Positions 58,080-64,000 of a stretch of DNA of 64,000 bases are shown here, piece after piece (position 1 is the stretch's first letter; the number at the start of each line of letters is the position of its first letter). Source of the DNA: Chloroflexota bacterium (GTDB lineage: Bacteria; Chloroflexota; UBA11872; VXOZ01). The notes beneath the pieces are model-generated. The model saw only the letters and a list, made by a program, of their open reading frames with translations, was not told where the DNA came from and did no database searches. The DNA lies in the NCBI GenBank assembly GCA_963662335.2, contig CAXXVD010000003.1, forward strand, positions 544,001 to 608,000, written 5' to 3'. Position numbers and translations under genes: made by a program.

Positions 58080-58724
58080 GTGACGCAAACACGGGAAGAT
58101 CCCGCCCGCTGGCTCATCGTTGGGCTGGGAAACCCGGAGAAGAAATACGCCGCCAACCGGCACAACGTCGGGTTCTGCGTGCTTGACCGGCTCGCGGCCG
58201 AGGCCGGCGTCTCCATCACGGACCGGCGCTTTCAAGGATGGTTCGGCCGGGCGGCCGTGGGGCGGCATGCCCTGCTGCTCCTGAAGCCGGCGACGTTCAT
58301 GAACGCCAGCGGCGGCGCGGCGGCCCAGGCGGCGCGGTTCTACAAGATCCCGCCGGCGCAGGTCGTGGTGGTCTACGACGACATCGACCTGGAGTTCGCG
58401 CGGTTGCGCCTCCGCGCTGGGGGCAGCCACGGCGGGCATCGCGGCGTCGAATCCGTCATCGACGCGCTGGGCACACGCGACTTTCTGCGCCTGCGGGTCG
58501 GCGTGGGGCGTCCGCCGGCGGGCATGGATCCGATTGCCCACGTGCTCAGCGACTTCTCGGCGACAGAACAGCCGGCAATCGAGAAGACGCTAGAGGAGGC
58601 GGTGGAGGCGGCGTTGAGCCTCGTCATGGATGGTTTAGAGAAGACCATGACCCACTTTAACCGCCGCGCGGCGGCCGTCGCTCAGCCAAGCGCGTGCAAG
58701 GAGCCGCAAGCGGCTCAGCAGTGA
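58080..58724 (+). CDS. pth: Peptidyl-tRNA hydrolase
   Basis: LIVGLGNP..KY...RHNVGF, KP.TFMN.SG, DDID, GGH.G, LR.GVGRP; GTG start behind AAGGAG. Confidence 0.96.
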   Translation: MTQTREDPARWLIVGLGNPEKKYAANRHNVGFCVLDRLAAEAGVSITDRRFQGWFGRAAVGRHALLLLKPATFMNASGGAAAQAARFYKIPPAQVVVVYDDIDLEFARLRLRAGGSHGGHRGVESVIDALGTRDFLRLRVGVGRPPAGMDPIAHVLSDFSATEQPAIEKTLEEAVEAALSLVMDGLEKTMTHFNRRAAAVAQPSACKEPQAAQQ

Positions 58725-58812
58725 ACGGGCGCCTGTTTGCGCTGCGCCGTGATTGCGCGAGGGATATCGCAATCGAATCCGTCATGGCCATGAAAACAGC
58801 GCAACTGAGTCC

Positions 58813-58917
58813 GTCATTCCCGCGAAAGCGGGAATCCATCGGCAGGGCGGCGAAGATGGATTCCCGCTTTCGCGGGAATGACGGATCGGCGGGCGGCCCC
58901 GCATTCGCGAGAATGAC
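58813..58917. repeat. REP-like element, GTCATTCCCGCGAAAGCGGGAATCCA family, plus an extra half copy
   Basis: Complete doublet 58813-58882 followed by CCCGCATTCGCGAGAATGAC. Confidence 0.85.
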
Positions 58918-58970
58918 GGACCGGAAGCCGACACTCGCATTCGCCCGGCACGACACTGAGAGTAGACGCG

Positions 58971-59013
58971 CACAAGCGCAGGGGCGGTTCGTTCAACCGC
59001 CCCTGCGCTTGTG
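58971..59013. terminator. Strong hairpin between convergent pth and SBP genes
   Basis: Perfect 19-bp stem CACAAGCGCAGGGGCGGTT/AACCGCCCCTGCGCTTGTG. Confidence 0.7.
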
Positions 59014-59091
59014 ATTGTTGGACTTCCGTGCTTGGCGTGAAGTAGTCATGCCGCGCGCAATACAGGCGCGCCGCGTTCACGCTGCCGGTCT

Positions 59092-60471
59092 CTAGCCAAA
59101 CTCAGCGATGAAGTCGTCCATCGCCGTTTGCGCCTGCTCCTCGAACGTGCGCATACCCTCGGCGACCGTGACCTCATTGCGCATGATCGCCTGCAAGTTC
59201 CTGCTGGTGATCGGCAGGATGTCACCCGCGCCGGGCACGCTCACGACGAAGCGCGCGCCCACCATCACGTCGATGGCCAGCTTGCGCAGTTTGTCGTCGC
59301 CAATGTACGCATCGCTCTGGGCAACGCTATTACGCACCGGGATGCGGTCCATGGCAATCGACCAGCGCAGGTTGACGTCCGCGCCGTACATGAAGTCGGC
59401 CCAGGCGAAACCGCCGTCGGGGTTGCTGCTGCCGTTGGGCAGGCAGAACGCCCAGTCGCCGGAATAGGTGGCCGGCAGGGCCGTGCTGGGATCCAGCGCC
59501 GGGTATGGCCCAAAGTCGTAGTCGAGGCCTTCGGCGTAAGGACCGAGGGAGGCACGGGTAGCATTGGTCAGATACATGTAGGTATTGCCGCCGCTGCCGT
59601 ACTCCTGCAAGCGGTTCTCAAACGTGCCGTGGAACTCGCGCACCTTGTCGTAACCGCCCTGGCTGTCCAGGACTTTCTTGAGCCAATCCACGGTGTTGAT
59701 CGCCATGTCGTTGTTGACCTGGATCTTGGTCCGGTCCGGGCTGAGCATCTCGCCGCCCTGCTGCCAGTAGCCGACCATCCAGGTGTGGATGCCGCCGGAG
59801 CCGCGGAACGGGTCCCAGCCGAGACGGGCGATGTTGTCGCCCTCGACCTTGTGTACCTTGAGCAGCGCCTCGTCCATCTCTTCCCGCGAGGCCGGCGGGG
59901 TCTCGGGATCGAGGCCGGCTTCCAGCGAGTGGTCCACGTTCAGATAGATGACGCGGGCGTCGATGCTATAGCTGATGCCGTAGGTCTGGCCGGCCCACTG
60001 CATGGCCTCGTACTTGCCCGGCCAGAGATCGTCCAACGGCACGTTGGCCGAGGCGGCGATGTAGGCGTCCATCGGCCGCACGAGTTCCAGCAGACCCCAT
60101 TGGGGCTGGATGTAGGACTGGGTCTTGGAGTTGTCGGGCGCAACACCCGCCGCCACCACGGTGGGAATGTCGCCAAAACCGCCGTTGCCGCGAATGAGCG
60201 GCACCAACGTGTAGTTGGTGGTCTCGTCGAATTCCGCGCGGATCTGCATGGGAATCTCTTCGCGGTCGAAATTCCACGGATCAAAGCCGGTGTACCAGAA
60301 GACCACCGGCGACTTCTCCATGGACGGCGCCCCGGCCTCTTCCTTGGCTTCCGGCGCGGCCTCTTCCGCCATGTCTCCGGTGCCGGCTGCCGCGCCGCAG
60401 GCCGCGAGCAGCGCACCCGCGCCGGTTACGGCGGCCGCGCCGAGGAATTGTCGTCTGGACAGTGATGCCAT
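59092..60471 (-). CDS. ABC transporter substrate-binding lipoprotein, Tat signal (duplicate 1)
   Basis: SRRQFL, LAAC lipobox; near-identical to 60822-62204. Confidence 0.9.
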   Translation of the reverse strand: MASLSRRQFLGAAAVTGAGALLAACGAAAGTGDMAEEAAPEAKEEAGAPSMEKSPVVFWYTGFDPWNFDREEIPMQIRAEFDETTNYTLVPLIRGNGGFGDIPTVVAAGVAPDNSKTQSYIQPQWGLLELVRPMDAYIAASANVPLDDLWPGKYEAMQWAGQTYGISYSIDARVIYLNVDHSLEAGLDPETPPASREEMDEALLKVHKVEGDNIARLGWDPFRGSGGIHTWMVGYWQQGGEMLSPDRTKIQVNNDMAINTVDWLKKVLDSQGGYDKVREFHGTFENRLQEYGSGGNTYMYLTNATRASLGPYAEGLDYDFGPYPALDPSTALPATYSGDWAFCLPNGSSNPDGGFAWADFMYGADVNLRWSIAMDRIPVRNSVAQSDAYIGDDKLRKLAIDVMVGARFVVSVPGAGDILPITSRNLQAIMRNEVTVAEGMRTFEEQAQTAMDDFIAEFG

Positions 60472-60598
60472 TGCGTTCCCCCTCCTGGGTAGAGAACTAC
60501 TCTCGAACTCTCTCTGCATTCTCTAGCAATAGGCGCGCGCTCCGCGGTGGTTTCCTCCACCGCCAATGCGCACGTCTCACCAGGAATGCTTGGTAGTA

Positions 60599-60628
60599 AT
60601 TCTAGACACATAGTCCGTCAATTTGCAA
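60599..60628 (-). promoter_or_regulatory. Promoter of SBP duplicate 1
   Basis: TTGCAA-18-TAGAAT, conserved in duplicate 2. Confidence 0.65.
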
Positions 60629-60821
60629 GACTCTGCAACGGAAATGTCTCGCCAAAGATCGCCTCATGCAGGCGGCGGCACGCTTCGTTCAAAAGCAAAA
60701 CCAGCGTGCCCAGGGTCTTTGCGACCCGTAGACACGCCAGTTCATGTCTGACTGCGAGCGGTGGAGAGAGAATTCGCGCCTGACGAATTTCAGCGCCAAT
60801 TCCTCACGTCACTGTCAGTGT

Positions 60822-62204
60822 CTAGCCAAACTCCGCGATGAAGTCGTCCATCGCCGTCTGCGCCTGCTCCTCGAACGTGCGCATACCCTCGGCCACCGTC
60901 ACCTCGTTGCGCATGATAGACTGCAGGTTCCTGCTGGTGATCGGCAGGATGTCGCCCGCGCCGGGCACGCTCACGACGAAGCGCGCGCCCACCATCTCAT
61001 CGATGGCCAGCCTGCGCAGCTTGTCGTCGCCAATGTACGCATCGCTCTGGGCAACGCTCTGGCGCACCGGGATGCGGTCCATGGCAATCGACCAGCGCAA
61101 GTTCACGTCCGCGCCGTACATGAAGTCGGCCCAGGCGAAGCCGCCGTCGGGGTTGCTGCTGCCGTTGGGCAGGCAGAAGGCCCAGTCGCCGGAGTAGGTG
61201 GCCGGCAAGGCCGTGCTGGGATCCAACGCCGGATACGGCCCAAAGTCGTAGTTCAGGCCTTCGGCGTAGGGGGCCATGGAGGTACGGGTAGCGTTGGTCA
61301 GATACATATAGGTGTTGCCGCCGCTGCCGTACTCCTGCAAGCGGTTCTCGAAGGTGCCGTGGAACTCGCGCACCTTGTCGTAGCCGCCCTGGCCGTCCAG
61401 GACTTTCTTGAGCCAGGTTACGGTATTGATCGCGAGTTCATTGTTGACCTGGATCTTGGTCCGGTCCGGGCTGAGCATCTCGCCGCCCTGCTGCCAGTAG
61501 CCGGCCATCCAGGTGTGGATGCCGCCGGAGCCGCGGAACGGGTCCCAGCCGAGACGCACGATGTTGTCGCCCTCGGTCTTGTGCACCTTCAGCAGCGCTT
61601 CGTCCATCTCATCCCGGGAGGCCGGCGGTGATTCGGGATCAAGGCCGGCTTCCAGGGAGTGGTCCACGTTCAGATAGATGATGCGGGCGTCGATGCTATA
61701 GCTGATGCCGTAGGTCTTGCCCGCCCACTGCATGGCCTCGTACTTGCCCGGCCAGAGGTCGTCCAATGACACGTTAGCAGAAGCAGAGATGTAGGCGTCC
61801 ATCGGCCGCACGAGTTCCAGCAGGCCCCATTGGGGCTGGATGTAGGACTGGGTCTTGGAGTTGTCGGGCGCGACACCGGCCGCGACCACGGTGGGAATAT
61901 CGCGAAAGCCGCCGTTGCCACGCACGAGCGGCACCAGCGTGTAGTTGGTAGTCTCGTCGAATTCCGCGCGCAGCGCCTGGGGAAGTTCTTCGTTATCGAA
62001 GTTCCACGGCGCGATGCCCGTGTACCAGAAGACCACCGGCGACTTCTCCATCGTCGCCTCGCCGGCGTCGCCGTCGCCCTCGGGCGCGGCTGCTTCCTCT
62101 TCCATCGCCCCCGTGCCCGCCTGCGCGCCGCACGCCGCCAGCAGCGCGCCGGCGCCGGTCAGGGCAGCCGTGCCGAGGAAATGTCGTCTGGACAATGATG
62201 CCAT
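60822..62204 (-). CDS. ABC transporter substrate-binding lipoprotein, Tat signal (duplicate 2)
   Basis: SRRHFL, LAAC lipobox; long stretches identical to duplicate 1. Confidence 0.9.
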   Translation of the reverse strand: MASLSRRHFLGTAALTGAGALLAACGAQAGTGAMEEEAAAPEGDGDAGEATMEKSPVVFWYTGIAPWNFDNEELPQALRAEFDETTNYTLVPLVRGNGGFRDIPTVVAAGVAPDNSKTQSYIQPQWGLLELVRPMDAYISASANVSLDDLWPGKYEAMQWAGKTYGISYSIDARIIYLNVDHSLEAGLDPESPPASRDEMDEALLKVHKTEGDNIVRLGWDPFRGSGGIHTWMAGYWQQGGEMLSPDRTKIQVNNELAINTVTWLKKVLDGQGGYDKVREFHGTFENRLQEYGSGGNTYMYLTNATRTSMAPYAEGLNYDFGPYPALDPSTALPATYSGDWAFCLPNGSSNPDGGFAWADFMYGADVNLRWSIAMDRIPVRQSVAQSDAYIGDDKLRRLAIDEMVGARFVVSVPGAGDILPITSRNLQSIMRNEVTVAEGMRTFEEQAQTAMDDFIAEFG

Positions 62205-62336
62205 TGCGTTCACCCCTCCTGGGTTGACCACTGTAGATGAATACGCCATGCCCCCCAACGAGAGACAGGCGCGGCCGCGGGCGGTTTCCTCTGCCGCTTT
62301 GCGCGCCGGCCGTTCTCAGAGAGCGCTAGCAAAGCA

Positions 62337-62366
62337 ATTCTACGCACACTGCGCGTCAATTTGCAA
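62337..62366 (-). promoter_or_regulatory. Promoter of SBP duplicate 2
   Basis: TTGCAA-18-TAGAAT. Confidence 0.65.
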
Positions 62367-62368
62367 GG

Positions 62369-62492
62369 GTAGGGGCACGACCTGTCGTGCCCCTACCCTT
62401 GCAATGGCAAGAAGCGTCATGCCCTCTGCGTGCCGCCGGCGCGTTCTGCCGTGATCCCGCCGGCGGGACGGCACGACGTGTCGTGCCCCTAC
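62369..62492. repeat. Two GTAG-type REPs
   Basis: GTAGGGGCACGACCTGTCGTGCCCCTAC (62369-62396) and GGCACGACGTGTCGTGCCCCTAC (62470-62492). Confidence 0.85.
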
Positions 62493-62541
62493 CGGCGTTT
62501 GGCCCAAAGCAGGGTTGGCCCGGCACGCCATGGCCGCGCCG

Positions 62542-63897
62542 CTACCGCAGGCAGCCGCCCTCGTTGATCCAGCCCTGCACCTGCTCCTGGGTCTTGGCCA
62601 TGCCCTCGGCCACCGTGAGCGAGCCTTCCACCATGGCGTCCCACGTGGCGCGCCACTCGGTATTGAAGTCGCCCTGCTTCAGCAGTTGCGGCACCGGCCG
62701 GCCCTCCGCCGCCATCCGCTTGTAGACTTCGGGGTCTTCATACGGGAAGAGCGTCAACGGCTCCAGATGCTTGTTGGCGGTGAAGCGGCCCTGGCCGGTG
62801 GCGGCGACCTCCGGCAGGGCGTCGGCGCTCACCGTGTACTTGAGGAAGGCCCAGCCGCCCTCGGGGTTCTTCGCGCCTTCGCCGATGAAGATACCGATGG
62901 GGGTCATGACCGTGGCGCTATCGCCGTTCGGCCCCTTGGGCCGTCCCGCCATGCCGATTTCGAAGAGATCATTGGCCGTGATGCGCTCTTCAAACTGGCG
63001 CACGCCGCCGGTGGCGCGCTCGAACATGCCCAGGGTGCCTTCCAGGAAGTTGCCGCCGACGACCTTGTGCTTGGCAAAGAGGTCAACGCAGAACTGCACC
63101 GCGTCGGCAAACTGCGGGGTGTTGAACGTGGCTTGCGTGCAGCCCTCGTTCCACAGGTCCGCGCCCCACGCCCAGGCGTAGTAGGGCAGGTAGGACGTGT
63201 GCGTGGGGTAGATACGCAAGCCGCCAAACGTGATTTCATCGCCTTCGCGTTTGGTGAGTCGCACGGCGGCCTCCAGCACGGCGTCCCACGTCCAGTTGCC
63301 CTCGGCCTCCAACTCCGCGGGAGTCTTCAGGCCGGCCTCGACGAATTTGTCGTTGTTCGACCAGATAGGGTGCGCGGTGAGCAGCCACGCCAGGCCGTAC
63401 GCCACGCCTTTGTACTTGAGAATGCCGGATTCGTAGAAGTCGTCCGGGGAGACCTCCGTATCCTTTGCCAGCAGCGGCGTGACCGGCTGGATGATCCCGC
63501 CGTCCACAAACGGCCCCAGCCAGCCGAAATAGCCGTAGATGTCGTCGAAGGAGATGCCGGCCGCCAGGGCCGCGCCGGCCTTGGTGGTGACTTCGCCAAA
63601 CGTGGAGTCGGTGATCTCCATCGTGTACTCGGGGTGCTTGGCTTCGAAGTTGGCGAAGATGGTATTCCACGAGTTGATCCACGTCTCGTTCTGGCCCTGC
63701 AGCACCATGAGGGCGTTGACGACGGTCGGCTCCGCAGCCTGAGGCGCTTCTTCCGCCTTGGCCTCTTCCGCGGGGGCGTCGCCTTCCGCAAGCATCATGG
63801 TCGCCGCGCCGCAGGCCGCCAGCGCCAACATGCCCGCGCCGCCCGTGGCTCCCTTGAGCAGGAACCGGCGCGTCACTCGTCTGCGTTCGCCTTGCAT
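62542..63897 (-). CDS. ABC transporter substrate-binding lipoprotein, Tat signal
   Basis: VTRRFLL, LAAC lipobox, N.DKFVEAGLKTP...W.WD. Confidence 0.9.
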   Translation of the reverse strand: MQGERRRVTRRFLLKGATGGAGMLALAACGAATMMLAEGDAPAEEAKAEEAPQAAEPTVVNALMVLQGQNETWINSWNTIFANFEAKHPEYTMEITDSTFGEVTTKAGAALAAGISFDDIYGYFGWLGPFVDGGIIQPVTPLLAKDTEVSPDDFYESGILKYKGVAYGLAWLLTAHPIWSNNDKFVEAGLKTPAELEAEGNWTWDAVLEAAVRLTKREGDEITFGGLRIYPTHTSYLPYYAWAWGADLWNEGCTQATFNTPQFADAVQFCVDLFAKHKVVGGNFLEGTLGMFERATGGVRQFEERITANDLFEIGMAGRPKGPNGDSATVMTPIGIFIGEGAKNPEGGWAFLKYTVSADALPEVAATGQGRFTANKHLEPLTLFPYEDPEVYKRMAAEGRPVPQLLKQGDFNTEWRATWDAMVEGSLTVAEGMAKTQEQVQGWINEGGCLR

Positions 63898-63940
63898 CGT
63901 TCTGCCTCCTACTTGCACAGCAAATCTACTACCGGTTTAC

Positions 63941-63970
63941 AGTATGGTACCCGACAAGCGAGAGTGTCAA
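63941..63970 (-). promoter_or_regulatory. Promoter for the last SBP gene
   Basis: TTGACA-18-CATACT. Confidence 0.5.
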
Positions 63971-64000
63971 GGAGGCAGCGTAATAGCGCTTCCGTATTTG

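Overview
A high-GC bacterial chromosomal window. The gene style suggests Chloroflexota, possibly host- or sponge-associated; this is inference from the many Tat-lipoprotein solute-binding proteins, the DUF2851, Uma2 and DUF1640-like genes, and the dense REP-like palindromes. Housekeeping genes are gcvT-gcvH-gcvPA, mazG, family-4 udg, mutM, a heterodimeric ABC exporter, ftsH, hom-thrC, recJ-rel, lipA/lipB and pth. Accessory content includes six orphan ABC substrate-binding lipoproteins (two are a recent tandem duplication), three Gfo/Idh/MocA oxidoreductases, three MFS transporters, two TA modules (DUF6364-PIN and MNT-HEPN), two Uma2 nucleases, several small coiled-coil/TM proteins with internal repeats, and a 1.25-kb low-GC islet bounded by short inverted repeats. 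I found no rRNA, tRNA, CRISPR array or transposase. The most notable observations are: (1) a Rel enzyme with a tandemly duplicated zinc-finger (CC/RIS) domain; (2) a REP doublet inserted in frame inside a DUF2851 gene; (3) a filled/empty REP insertion-site pair revealed by the duplicated promoters; (4) a ~200-nt fold-back element upstream of pth that overlaps an antisense 71-codon frame with an in-frame UGA; (5) a stand-alone, acidified integrase core-binding-like protein; (6) a beta-clamp motif on UDG.
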